Shown here: positions 25,758 to 34,658 of the stretch, one piece after another
Numbering within the stretch: the first letter of the stretch is position 1
Layout: each line of letters begins with the position of its first letter
Assembly (NCBI GenBank): GCA_035529455.1
Contig: DATKWQ010000063.1
Span: 1,274-65,273, forward strand
From: Thermoplasmata archaeon
GTDB lineage: Archaea; Thermoplasmatota; Thermoplasmata; UBA10834
Reading direction: 5' to 3'
DNA length: 64,000 bases
The notes under the pieces: generated by a model
Databases searched by the model: none
The model's input: only the letters and a program-made list of their open reading frames with translations
What the model was told of the DNA's origin: nothing
Position numbers and translations under genes: made by a program

Positions 25758-27218
25758 ATGACTCTGGTCATTTACAACACTCTGACGAGGAAGAAACAGC
25801 CTTTCGAGCCGCTGCAGAAAGGCAAGGTGAGCATCTATGTCTGTGGTGTTACAGTCTACGACAAGAGTCACCTTGGACACGCCCGGTCCGCCATAAACTT
25901 CGATGTCGTCGTTCGCTATCTCCGGCACAAGGGATACGAGGTCGGCCACATCACGAACTTCACGGATGTAGACGATAAACTGATAGCGCGGGGACATGAG
26001 CTCGGGATCGAACCCCTGGACCTGTCCAAGCAGATGATAGAGGAGTACTTCTCCGTCATGGACGGCCTCAAGATAACGAGGGCGACTGCGTATCCGAAGG
26101 CCAGCGAGACGATACCAGACATCATCGCGATGGTGAAAGGCCTTGTCGAAAAGGGCATGGCATACGAATCGAGCGGCTCCGTATACTTCATCGTAAGGAA
26201 TGTGAAGGAGTATGGCAAACTGTCGGGCCAGACCCTCGATCAGATGATCACCGGCACGCGGAAGGAGCCGGGAGAAGACAAGCGGGACCCGATGGATTTC
26301 GCGTTGTGGAAGGCGGCAAAACCCGGTGAGATCTCCTGGGACAGTCCATGGGGCAAGGGAAGGCCAGGTTGGCATATCGAATGCTCAGCCATGTGCTTGA
26401 AGCACCTGGGCAAGACCATAGACATACACGGCGGCGGGACGGACCTGATTTTCCCGCATCATGAGAACGAGATCCTGCAGTCCGAGGCCTACAACGAAGC
26501 GCCGTTCGTCAATTACTGGATGCACAACGGCATGCTCACGATCGGTGAGGAGAAGATGTCGAAGTCCATGAAGAACTTCTTCCTGATCGGTGAGTTGCTG
26601 GAGAAGTACTTGCCACAGGTTGTCAGGTTCTTCATACTCAATGCGATCTACCGGCAGCCCCTGGAGTACAACGAGCAGTCGCTCGACGACTCGAAGAAGG
26701 CCCTGGACAAACTACAGAACTCATACGATGAGCTTCTCGCATATGCAGGAAAGGCTTCGGGAGATGAGGACGCCTCGGAAATCTGCGAGAGCCACTGGCA
26801 GAGGTTCGAGGAGAAGATGGACGATGACTTCAACACGCGCGAAGCCATCGCTGTGATGTACGACCTGGCCCGCGAAGCCAACAGGCTCAGGGGAGAGGCG
26901 ATGCTCAGCGCGAAGGGCGTCGAGAACACCGCGGCGGTCTTCGAGAGGTTCAACGGGATATTCGATGTGCTCACTGAACCGAAAGAATCGAAGATCGTGA
27001 AGGGAGGTTCTGACACTCCTGGTTCAGAAGAGACGGATTCGTTGCTCGCCAGAAGCGAGCCTTTGACAGACGCGGAAGTTGGCAGGCTCCTATCGGCAAG
27101 GGCAGCGGCTCGGAGCGCAAAAGACTTCTCAAAGGCCGATATGATAAGAGAGGAACTTGCTAAACGCGGCATCGAGATACAAGACACCCCAGAGGGTGCT
27201 GTATGGAAGCGAAAGTGA
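25758..27218 (+). CDS. cysS: cysteinyl-tRNA synthetase
   Basis: HIGH-type HLGHARS, KMSKSMKNF and WHIECS. Family-typical length of 486 aa. Confidence 0.95.
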   Translation: MTLVIYNTLTRKKQPFEPLQKGKVSIYVCGVTVYDKSHLGHARSAINFDVVVRYLRHKGYEVGHITNFTDVDDKLIARGHELGIEPLDLSKQMIEEYFSVMDGLKITRATAYPKASETIPDIIAMVKGLVEKGMAYESSGSVYFIVRNVKEYGKLSGQTLDQMITGTRKEPGEDKRDPMDFALWKAAKPGEISWDSPWGKGRPGWHIECSAMCLKHLGKTIDIHGGGTDLIFPHHENEILQSEAYNEAPFVNYWMHNGMLTIGEEKMSKSMKNFFLIGELLEKYLPQVVRFFILNAIYRQPLEYNEQSLDDSKKALDKLQNSYDELLAYAGKASGDEDASEICESHWQRFEEKMDDDFNTREAIAVMYDLAREANRLRGEAMLSAKGVENTAAVFERFNGIFDVLTEPKESKIVKGGSDTPGSEETDSLLARSEPLTDAEVGRLLSARAAARSAKDFSKADMIREELAKRGIEIQDTPEGAVWKRK

Positions 27219-28243
27219 GCCCGGACACTGCGAGGGCGAAGGCAGAGCTGCTGGCTGGCGGCGCGGTCAGAATCCCCAAGGATTTCAGACTACCATTCTC
27301 TCCCAGTAGATCGACCGCGGGGCCCGGTGCGGGGTTGGCAGAGATCGTCTTCTCATTTGGCGGTACGAGGGCGAAGAAAGCGATATCCCGCACCGAAGGC
27401 GAGTTCGAACTCATCTGCGCAAGCGGAGGATTCGAGATAACGCGTGGGGACGACGTGATAGCCGATGGCGTCGAGCTGCAACCGACTCTCCTCCACGCGC
27501 CGTTTCAGGCATTCATCAACGTCGACAGCAGATGCGCACTCAGCTGCGCGTTCTGCAACTCGCACCGTCTCGAGCACGACTTTACCAAGAACCTCACAGA
27601 CGACAAGATACTGGCGATGATTACGGAGGCGGCTTCGGCCGACGGATTCCAGGGAGTCGCACTGACGAGCGGGGTGCCAGGGTCAGAAAATGAGACCATC
27701 GACAGGATAGTCGGGCTGATCGGCAGGATACGAGCTGCTCTGCCCTCGGCGGCGATCGGAGTCGAACCCTATGTGACCCATCCAAGACAGGTCGACGCCA
27801 TCAAAGCCGCTGGAGCCACGGAGATCAAGATCAACATCGAATCGTTCGATCAAGAGATATTCGACAGGGTATGCCCTGGCAGAGACTACGACGCTATCCT
27901 GCACGCGGTCAATCACGCATGTGAGGTGTTCGGGAGAAATAGGGTGTGCTCGAACATCATCTTCGGCCTGGGTGAGACAGATGACAGCGTTCTCTACGGC
28001 ACGAAGGTACTCGCCAACATGGGCGCGGTGGCAACTCTAAGGGCACTGAGGGTGAACAAACGCAACGCCTCAGCTCTGGAGGAGGCGCTTGGGACTCTGA
28101 AGCCTGTCACGGCCGACAGGGTGCTGACATTGGCGCGTGGTCAGAAGGCCATCCTGGAAGAGTATGGGCTGACGCCTCTGGAATTCAAGACAATGTGCCA
28201 CGCCTGCATGTCGTGCGACATAGTGCCCTTCTGGGACGTCTGA
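27203..28243 (+). CDS. radical SAM protein (BioB/LipA-related, function unknown)
   Basis: CX3CX2C motif CALSCAFCNS about 110 aa from the N-terminus. TIM-barrel-like remainder. Overlaps the cysS stop by 16 nt. Confidence 0.7.
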   Translation: MEAKVSPDTARAKAELLAGGAVRIPKDFRLPFSPSRSTAGPGAGLAEIVFSFGGTRAKKAISRTEGEFELICASGGFEITRGDDVIADGVELQPTLLHAPFQAFINVDSRCALSCAFCNSHRLEHDFTKNLTDDKILAMITEAASADGFQGVALTSGVPGSENETIDRIVGLIGRIRAALPSAAIGVEPYVTHPRQVDAIKAAGATEIKINIESFDQEIFDRVCPGRDYDAILHAVNHACEVFGRNRVCSNIIFGLGETDDSVLYGTKVLANMGAVATLRALRVNKRNASALEEALGTLKPVTADRVLTLARGQKAILEEYGLTPLEFKTMCHACMSCDIVPFWDV

Positions 28244-28248
28244 GGCAA

Positions 28249-29916
28249 TCAACGGTGGGCGAAGACGCATCTGATCCTGGGCGATGTCTCTTCAACTCTG
28301 ACAAAGCCGAATCGCTCGAACTGGACAACGTCGCCCTTCGCGTCCGACAAGCTTGGCTCCGCAAGCCCGTTCCTCACGCCGCCGTCCGTCATGAGAACCT
28401 CCGTATCCACGGCATTCTCCGGGACCCAGTGGACTATGCAGACCCCGTCCTTCAGTATCGACAGGTCGTTGCCATCATACTCGAGTGCACCGCCGCGGTA
28501 TGTTGCATTGCATAGGTCCTTGAGGCGGATCCTTGTGCCTTCGTTCGGCAGGTCAGACCGGCTCAGGTAAACCGCCCCCCCAAGGGGCACCTGGAGCTGC
28601 CTCACCCCGCGCTCAGGGTGGTCCGGGTGCACCGGGGCTTTAGCCGTCAGGGCTGACTCGGCCTTCAAAGGCAGTCTCACAGGGTCGTCGACGAAGAAGT
28701 ATCTGCCCGCGCCATCATCAACCAGCTCCTTATTGAAGGAATAGAGGGTCTTCCATGAGAACTCTATGTCCACCTCTTTCAATCCTGTCTCGACCCAGTA
28801 ACGCCGGATCGACTCTGGCCTGATACCCCGCCGCCTGAGTGCTGCGAGCGTGCCAAGCTGAGGGTCGTCCCAACCGGTGTACAGGCCCTCCGCAATCCCA
28901 GCGGACATCTTGGAGGTCGACAGCTGAACCTCCTTCATCGAGACCCGTCCGTAATGTATGTACGTTGGCTTGGTCCAGCCCAGATAATCGAAGATATACT
29001 GCTGTCGATAGGTGTTGTTGAGGTGGTCCTTCCCCCTCAGGACATGCGTCAATCCCAGTTCATGGTCGTCAACGGCGACCGCGAGGTTCATGAGCGGGTA
29101 CACGCGATACCTCGTGCCTGTCCTCGGATGCGGCGTCTCGTCTATTCTCAGAGCGACGAAGTCTCTCAAGGCTGGATTCGGGAGGGACAGATCGGTCTTG
29201 ACCACCAACGACGCTTCCTCTTGACCGAATGTCCCATCGAACATCTTGTCCCAGCGGGGCAGCTGCTCGGAGAGCCCCTCCTCTCGGTGGGGACAGGCCT
29301 TCTTCCCGTTCTTGAGCTCACGCCATTCAGCGGGTTCGCATGTGCACAAATAGGCCTTTCCCATCTCGAGAAGGCGTTTTGACACACTGTAGTACAGTTC
29401 GAACCGGTCGCTCTGGATTATGGTCTCGTGTATCTTCACGCCGAGCCACTCGAGGTCGGCAGGGATCGTGTCGTATCCTGTGGGATCTATTCTTGCCGGG
29501 TCGGTGTCCTCGAATCGGTTGAAGCAGACGCCGCCATATCGGCGTACGAACTCGTCGTTAAGAATCGCCATCCGGCTGTGCCCAATGTGCAGAGGGCCTG
29601 AGGGGTTCGGCGCGACGCGCATCCTCACTTCTCCGGTCACATTGGCCAGATCAGCGAGTCCGAAATCCTTCGGCTTCGACTCCTTCACAAGTAGCTCCGG
29701 CGCCAGTGTCTCCAGCCTCTGCATCTGTTCATCCAGAGGTAGTGCATTCACCTCGGAGATGATCGTCTTCGCCACGAGACTGACCTCTTTGGCCTGCGTC
29801 TTGAGATCGGGATTCTCGGCCATTACCTTGCCCAGGACAGCCCCCATGCTCGCCTTACCTTCGTAGATGATAGCGTTCTGAAGCGCGTATTTCCTGACGA
29901 TGGCTTCGAGGTCCAC
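28249..29916 (-). CDS. gltX: glutamyl-tRNA synthetase, archaeal/eukaryal type
   Basis: PNPSGPLHIGHSRMA (HIGH). LSTSKMS in the KMSKS position. 555 aa with a GlxRS-type C-terminal anticodon-binding domain. Confidence 0.9.
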   Translation of the reverse strand: MDLEAIVRKYALQNAIIYEGKASMGAVLGKVMAENPDLKTQAKEVSLVAKTIISEVNALPLDEQMQRLETLAPELLVKESKPKDFGLADLANVTGEVRMRVAPNPSGPLHIGHSRMAILNDEFVRRYGGVCFNRFEDTDPARIDPTGYDTIPADLEWLGVKIHETIIQSDRFELYYSVSKRLLEMGKAYLCTCEPAEWRELKNGKKACPHREEGLSEQLPRWDKMFDGTFGQEEASLVVKTDLSLPNPALRDFVALRIDETPHPRTGTRYRVYPLMNLAVAVDDHELGLTHVLRGKDHLNNTYRQQYIFDYLGWTKPTYIHYGRVSMKEVQLSTSKMSAGIAEGLYTGWDDPQLGTLAALRRRGIRPESIRRYWVETGLKEVDIEFSWKTLYSFNKELVDDGAGRYFFVDDPVRLPLKAESALTAKAPVHPDHPERGVRQLQVPLGGAVYLSRSDLPNEGTRIRLKDLCNATYRGGALEYDGNDLSILKDGVCIVHWVPENAVDTEVLMTDGGVRNGLAEPSLSDAKGDVVQFERFGFVRVEETSPRIRCVFAHR

Positions 29917-29938
29917 GGTCTCTCGATGGATGGGTATC

Positions 29939-29946
29939 TATAAAAA
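29939..29946 (-). promoter_or_regulatory. TATA box (TTTTTATA on the minus strand) about 25 nt upstream of the gltX start, suggesting a leaderless mRNA
   Basis: tataaaaa on the + strand lies 23-30 nt from the gltX ATG at 29916. It could also serve the + strand ORF starting at 30019. Confidence 0.4.
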
Positions 29947-30018
29947 GGTTTGAGGCAGCGACAGCTCAGCGCCACAACGATTGACTCGCTGCGTACGCAT
30001 CCACATTTGGTCGTTCAC

Positions 30019-30381
30019 ATGAGCGATTGCGAGAACATGAAGCGTTGCAGTTTCTTCAATACCTATGGGATTAGTGGAGAGAAGCCCCTCGCCACAGCGG
30101 GATTCGTCAGGATATACTGCAGAGAAAGCCGACAGGGTGAGTGCATGCGCAAAGTGCTCAGTCTGGTCTTGGGAGGCCCTGAGAAAGTGCCGGCCAACAT
30201 GATCCTGAACGGATTAGTGATGAGCGGGACCACCCCACTGACGATTGGCCAGAAGAAGCGAAGGCGGTGCGGAGAAAGGCCAGCTCGGGCACAAAAGGAT
30301 AGATATACGCTCCCGATTATCCAGAGACTGGTGATGCTCTGTCCATCAGGTCGCTTCTTGACCAGTATGAAGAAACGGTGA
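30019..30381 (+). CDS. hypothetical small Cys-containing protein
   Basis: MSDCENMKRCSFFNTYG...FVRIYCRESRQGECMRK...GGPEKVPANMILNG looks like a conserved ~70-aa module. The C-terminal ~45 aa overlap the region upstream of ubiD and may not be genuine. Confidence 0.3.
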   Translation: MSDCENMKRCSFFNTYGISGEKPLATAGFVRIYCRESRQGECMRKVLSLVLGGPEKVPANMILNGLVMSGTTPLTIGQKKRRRCGERPARAQKDRYTLPIIQRLVMLCPSGRFLTSMKKR

Positions 30382-31604
30382 CGGTGAAGGGTAGGGTATC
30401 CCGCGATCTGGAGGTCACGAGATACCTGGCGAAGGCCGGAGATGCGCCGGTTCTCTTCGAGAACCTCGATAGCCACCGAGCCGTCGGAAACCTCTGGGCA
30501 AGCAGGAAGAGAATCGAGCAGGCGCTTCGGTCCTCGTCCGAAGAACTCTCCTCGCGCATGCTGGAAGCCATGAGTTCACCCACACCTCCACAGGAGGTCG
30601 ACAAAGCCCCGTTCGAGCAGAATGTTCTGACAGAGTTCGACCTCAATGAGTCTGCTATCCCGAAATTCTTCGAGGGAGATGGCGGACGATACATAACGGC
30701 AGGAGTGATAATCGCCGAGTTCGAAGGCAAGAAGAACATGTCCTTCCACAGGATGATGCTCGTAGGCGAGAATCGCCTGGCAATCAGAGTCGTGCCAAGG
30801 CATCTGCACGCGCTGCACCGCAGAGCCAAGGCCAAAGGGGAGGAGCTCAAGGTCGCTGTTGTGATCGGGCTGTGCCCTTCCATTCTGCTGTCTGCCGCGA
30901 TGACCGTGGAGTTGGGAACTGACGAGCTGGCGATTGCCAACACTCTGAGGCAACTCTGCTTGGGAGAACCCGTGGCCGTCCGTAGGATCAAGAGCGGCCT
31001 CCTGGTACCGGCCTATGCCGAGTATGTCTTCGAAGGAAGACTAACCGACGAATTGACAGACGAAGGACCGTTCGTGGACATAACTGGCACTCAAGACCCG
31101 GTCAGGAAGCAACCCATACTATTAGTCGACCGGATATACTACAGAGACGAGGCGATATTCCAGATAATCCTCCCAGCATCACACGAGCATTATCTAATGA
31201 TGGGGATGCCAAGGGAACCAGTCATCAAGAAGGCTGTGAGCGTGGCCGTTCCCGAGGTACACGCTGTTCGACTGACGGAGGGAGGATGCTGCTGGCTGCA
31301 TGGAGTCGTGTCCATCACCAAGCAGAAAGAGGGTGATTCGGTGAACGCCATACTGGCCGCCCTCGGGTCACACACATCGATGAAGTTGGTCACCGTCGTC
31401 GACGAGGACATCGACGTCTACGACGACAAGGCGGTTGAATGGGCCCTCGCAACCAGGTTCCAGGGAGACAAGGACATTGTACTGGTCAAGAACGCGAGGG
31501 GTAGCAGCCTCGACCCGAGCGCGGACCAGACGACCGCGAAAATCGGCCTCGACGCCACGAAACCCATAGGATGTGCTGGCTTCGACAGGATAGAACCAAG
31601 CTAA
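30378..31604 (+). CDS. UbiD-family (prenyl-FMN-dependent) decarboxylase
   Basis: Family-typical length and blocks (RYITAGVIIAEFEGKKNMSFHRMMLVGENRLAIRVVPRHL; GCCWLHGVVSI). GTG start. Confidence 0.8.
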   Translation: MTVKGRVSRDLEVTRYLAKAGDAPVLFENLDSHRAVGNLWASRKRIEQALRSSSEELSSRMLEAMSSPTPPQEVDKAPFEQNVLTEFDLNESAIPKFFEGDGGRYITAGVIIAEFEGKKNMSFHRMMLVGENRLAIRVVPRHLHALHRRAKAKGEELKVAVVIGLCPSILLSAAMTVELGTDELAIANTLRQLCLGEPVAVRRIKSGLLVPAYAEYVFEGRLTDELTDEGPFVDITGTQDPVRKQPILLVDRIYYRDEAIFQIILPASHEHYLMMGMPREPVIKKAVSVAVPEVHAVRLTEGGCCWLHGVVSITKQKEGDSVNAILAALGSHTSMKLVTVVDEDIDVYDDKAVEWALATRFQGDKDIVLVKNARGSSLDPSADQTTAKIGLDATKPIGCAGFDRIEPS

Positions 31605-31685
31605 CCCTTCCCGCTGGACCACGGCCTGTTAGGCGAAAACTCTTAAATATGGTCCCTACCTCACAACAACTAGAGGCGACAAACC

Positions 31686-32003
31686 ATGGTGACAATAACG
31701 CCGAAGGCATGCGAGACAATCAAGGCGATAGTGGCCGAGGAGAAGAAGGACGATCCGATCAGGATAGTGTTTGCTGGATACTCGTGCTCCGGCCCCGCCT
31801 TCATGATGGCTTTTGACAAGAAGAAGGACGAGGATGTCGAGTTCAAAGAAGACGGCATCACGCTGATTTACGACAAGTCGCTCGAGGAGAACCTGAAAGA
31901 GGCGACGATCGATTCCGTCGACACACCCCAAGGACCGGGAGTCGTCGTCCGCGTGAAGGCCTCGGAAGGGTCATGCGGCGGCACGTGCGCTGGATGCCAC
32001 TAG
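31686..32003 (+). CDS. HesB/IscA-like Fe-S cluster insertion protein with atypical C-terminus
   Basis: ITPKACETIKAIV...IRIVFAGYSCSGPAF...IDSVD pattern of the IscA family. The C-terminus is SCGGTCAGCH rather than the usual CGCG-type ending. Confidence 0.6.
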   Translation: MVTITPKACETIKAIVAEEKKDDPIRIVFAGYSCSGPAFMMAFDKKKDEDVEFKEDGITLIYDKSLEENLKEATIDSVDTPQGPGVVVRVKASEGSCGGTCAGCH

Positions 32004-32057
32004 ATTCTCCCATCCATCCGGCAAAGTTAGATATGCTGGAGCGGCTGTAAAAGGTCC

Positions 32058-34400
32058 GTGTTCCTGGAACACGACCTGATCAAGCCATCCAGCATAGAGC
32101 TGAGAGAATATCAATCCAATATCGCGCATGCTGCACTGGAGGAGCCGACCCTTGTGGTGCTCCCCACCGGCATGGGTAAGACCGTCATTGCACTGTACGT
32201 CATCGCCGAGACTCTGAAGATCAAAAAAGGCGCGGTGCTGTTCATGGCGCCGACGAAGCCTCTCGTCGAGCAGCACGCGAAGTACCTCAGGGAGCATATC
32301 CTCGGCTTCGACCCATTGGTCTTCACTGGGGAGGTCCCGCCTGAGGACAGGAAGGACGGGTGGGCGAGTGCCAGGCTGATAGTCTCCACCCCTCAAGTCG
32401 TGGCGAACGACATCGATTCTGACATCGTAGACATATCCATGTTCGACCTGGTCGTGTTCGACGAGGCCCACAGGGCGGTGGGCGATTACGCCTATGTCCC
32501 GATCGGGAAGGCTCTGATACAGAGCACCTGTCTCGTTCTGGGGATGACCGCATCTCCAGGCTCGGATGTGTCCAAGATAGCGGACGTATGCGAGAACCTC
32601 GGGATCACATGGGTGGAGATCCGGTCAGAGCTGGATGACGATGTCGTCGACTACACCCAGGAAGTCAAAACGGAGTTCATCGGCGTCCCCATACAAGATG
32701 GGATGGCGAGGATAGTCGCGCTGTTGAAACAGATACTGGACGAGCAGGTGGCGAAACTCCGGGCCGCGGGGTTCCTAGATCCCAAGAAGCCGGTCACGAC
32801 ACGGGACCTGCTAACCGCGGGAACGACCATAAGGGCTCGGTTGAACTCCGGCACGAAATCCTTCAATCTGTTCAGCATAGCCAGCGTGCAAGCCCTGGCC
32901 ATGAAGATCAACCATGGCATCGAACTCGCTGAAACGCAGGGAAGAGGTGCGCTCGAGAGCTATTTCGAGAAGCAGGTCAAACAAGCAGAGGAGAACAAGC
33001 GGTCCAAGGCGGTAAGGAGCCTTGTCAAGGACGCGCGATTCCAGCTGGCGAGGACAGAACTGTACAAGATGACCAACGATCACCCCAAGCTGGACAAGCT
33101 GATGCCGATACTCAAGTCCCAGTTCCTTTCGAAGCCCGAGTCTCGGGCTATAGTGTTCACACATTACCGTGACACATGCGACCTGATAACCAACCGCCTG
33201 GGAGCCATCGAGGGGGTGCGACCGGTCCGGTTCGTCGGCCAATCCAGCAAAGGCGAGGACATCGGCCTCAAGCAGAAGGAGCAACGAGAGGTCATGGAGC
33301 GGTTCGAGAGCGGCGAGCATAACGTGCTCGTCGCCACCTCCATCGCAGAGGAGGGGCTGGACATACCAGCGACCGACCTTGTCGTATTCTACGAACCTGT
33401 TCCATCAGAGATCCGAACCATCCAGCGGAGAGGTCGAACAGGTAGGAGACAGGCGGGGAGAGTCGTCATACTGATAACCAGGGATACCAAGGACGAGGCG
33501 TACTTCTGGTCGTCCCGGAACAAGGAACAACAGATGAAACGGGAGCTCGAGAACCTGAGGAAGAAGCTGAGGGTGAGGAGAGGCCTGCCCGCAAGCCCCG
33601 CCCGGAAAGGTCCGATGGCGAAGGGGGAGATATCAGAGCTCATGACTCCCGAGGATCTGACGGTGAGGGAGGAGAGGTCTCGAAGGACGGCGGATATCGC
33701 CGGCCAGAAATCGCTCTCCGAGTATGGCAAAGGCGGAAAGGCGACCGGCTCATTGTTGACGATATCGCGCAGGTTCGAAGGCGGTCCATTGCAGGGTTGT
33801 CTTGAGGAGGCAGGGTTCTCCATCAGAGCGGAGGACTTGGAGTGCGCGGACGTGGTCATATCGGACAGGATAGGGGTCACGGTAAGGAGCGTCCAGGAGT
33901 TCATATCGGAGATATCCGAAGGCGGACTCTTCGCCGAGCTGGCAGAGATGAAGCATCAGTACCTTCACCCGATACTGATCGTACAGGGCCCTCCCGAGGG
34001 AAAGGGAGTGGAGGCTGTCAATGCAGCTGTGTACGATGCGTTGGGGACCCTTCTCTCGGAATTCAAGATGCCTGTGCTATCGACGACGAGCACGGCCGAG
34101 ACCGTAGCGGCCCTAAAAGCATTGAACAGGCAGGAAGCCGAACGGGCCGGCGGCAAGAAGGCGACGCAGACGACTCTGGACGGCGGGGACCGCCAACTGT
34201 TCCTCGTCCAGGGGCTGCCCAACGTGTCAGCCACCCTTGCTCAGAGACTCCTGGAGAGGTTCGGCAGCGTGAAGGGGATGGCAGACGCGTCGCCTGAGCA
34301 GTTGACGGAGGTCGACGATGTGGGAAGGGTTATTGCCGAGCGGATTCATACTGTGATACGCAGGAGATTCGAAGAGGAGGAGACTCAGAATGCCAGATAA
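32058..34400 (+). CDS. hef: Hef-like SF2 helicase with C-terminal ERCC4-like and HhH2 domains
   Basis: Motif I LPTGMGKT, motif II VVFDEAHRA, motif III MTASPG, motif VI QRRGRTGR. The C-terminal XPF/ERCC4-like region ends in HhH repeats (LVQGLPNVSATLAQRLLERFGSV). GTG start. Confidence 0.85.
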   Translation: MFLEHDLIKPSSIELREYQSNIAHAALEEPTLVVLPTGMGKTVIALYVIAETLKIKKGAVLFMAPTKPLVEQHAKYLREHILGFDPLVFTGEVPPEDRKDGWASARLIVSTPQVVANDIDSDIVDISMFDLVVFDEAHRAVGDYAYVPIGKALIQSTCLVLGMTASPGSDVSKIADVCENLGITWVEIRSELDDDVVDYTQEVKTEFIGVPIQDGMARIVALLKQILDEQVAKLRAAGFLDPKKPVTTRDLLTAGTTIRARLNSGTKSFNLFSIASVQALAMKINHGIELAETQGRGALESYFEKQVKQAEENKRSKAVRSLVKDARFQLARTELYKMTNDHPKLDKLMPILKSQFLSKPESRAIVFTHYRDTCDLITNRLGAIEGVRPVRFVGQSSKGEDIGLKQKEQREVMERFESGEHNVLVATSIAEEGLDIPATDLVVFYEPVPSEIRTIQRRGRTGRRQAGRVVILITRDTKDEAYFWSSRNKEQQMKRELENLRKKLRVRRGLPASPARKGPMAKGEISELMTPEDLTVREERSRRTADIAGQKSLSEYGKGGKATGSLLTISRRFEGGPLQGCLEEAGFSIRAEDLECADVVISDRIGVTVRSVQEFISEISEGGLFAELAEMKHQYLHPILIVQGPPEGKGVEAVNAAVYDALGTLLSEFKMPVLSTTSTAETVAALKALNRQEAERAGGKKATQTTLDGGDRQLFLVQGLPNVSATLAQRLLERFGSVKGMADASPEQLTEVDDVGRVIAERIHTVIRRRFEEEETQNAR

Positions 34401-34548
34401 GAAGTGCCCCTTCTGCAATGGCACATGCATCCTGAAGGCCCTGATGGATAATAGCACCGAGGCCAAGGAGGTCGACGTGTGTTCCAAGTGCGGCGCCATG
34501 TACCCGAAGGAGAAGGACGTCGAGAGAGCCGACGGCCCCAAGAATTGA
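34390..34548 (+). CDS. 52-aa zinc-ribbon microprotein
   Basis: MPDKKCPFCNGTC...VCSKCGAMYPKE has CxxC...CxxC. The ATG overlaps the hef stop by 11 nt. It is below the ORF-track length cut-off. Confidence 0.4.
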   Translation: MPDKKCPFCNGTCILKALMDNSTEAKEVDVCSKCGAMYPKEKDVERADGPKN

Positions 34549-34620
34549 CGGTCTGACCGCGCGCGGTGGCAAAAAGCAGTGCCAGACGCGCTCTGAGAGC
34601 CTGTGACCGTGGCAGCAAGC

Positions 34621-34628
34621 TTTATGAA
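34621..34628 (+). promoter_or_regulatory. TATA-like box upstream of rpo11
   Basis: tttatgaa (preceded by aagc) lies about 35 nt upstream of the ATG at 34659. Confidence 0.3.
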
Positions 34629-34658
34629 CCAATTGTCCATACGAGAAGCCCGAGTATC

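Noticed and set aside
24942-26375. 477-aa ORF on the minus strand
   Set aside because: It is antisense to cysE and cysS, both strongly supported by motifs. It has no recognisable domain and an Arg/Leu/Pro-rich shadow-frame composition.
29950-30018. Upstream extension of the small Cys-protein ORF (start at 29950)
   Set aside because: That start lies only a few nt from the TATA box at 29939-29946, so it is probably upstream of the transcription start. The conserved-looking sequence begins at the ATG at 30019.
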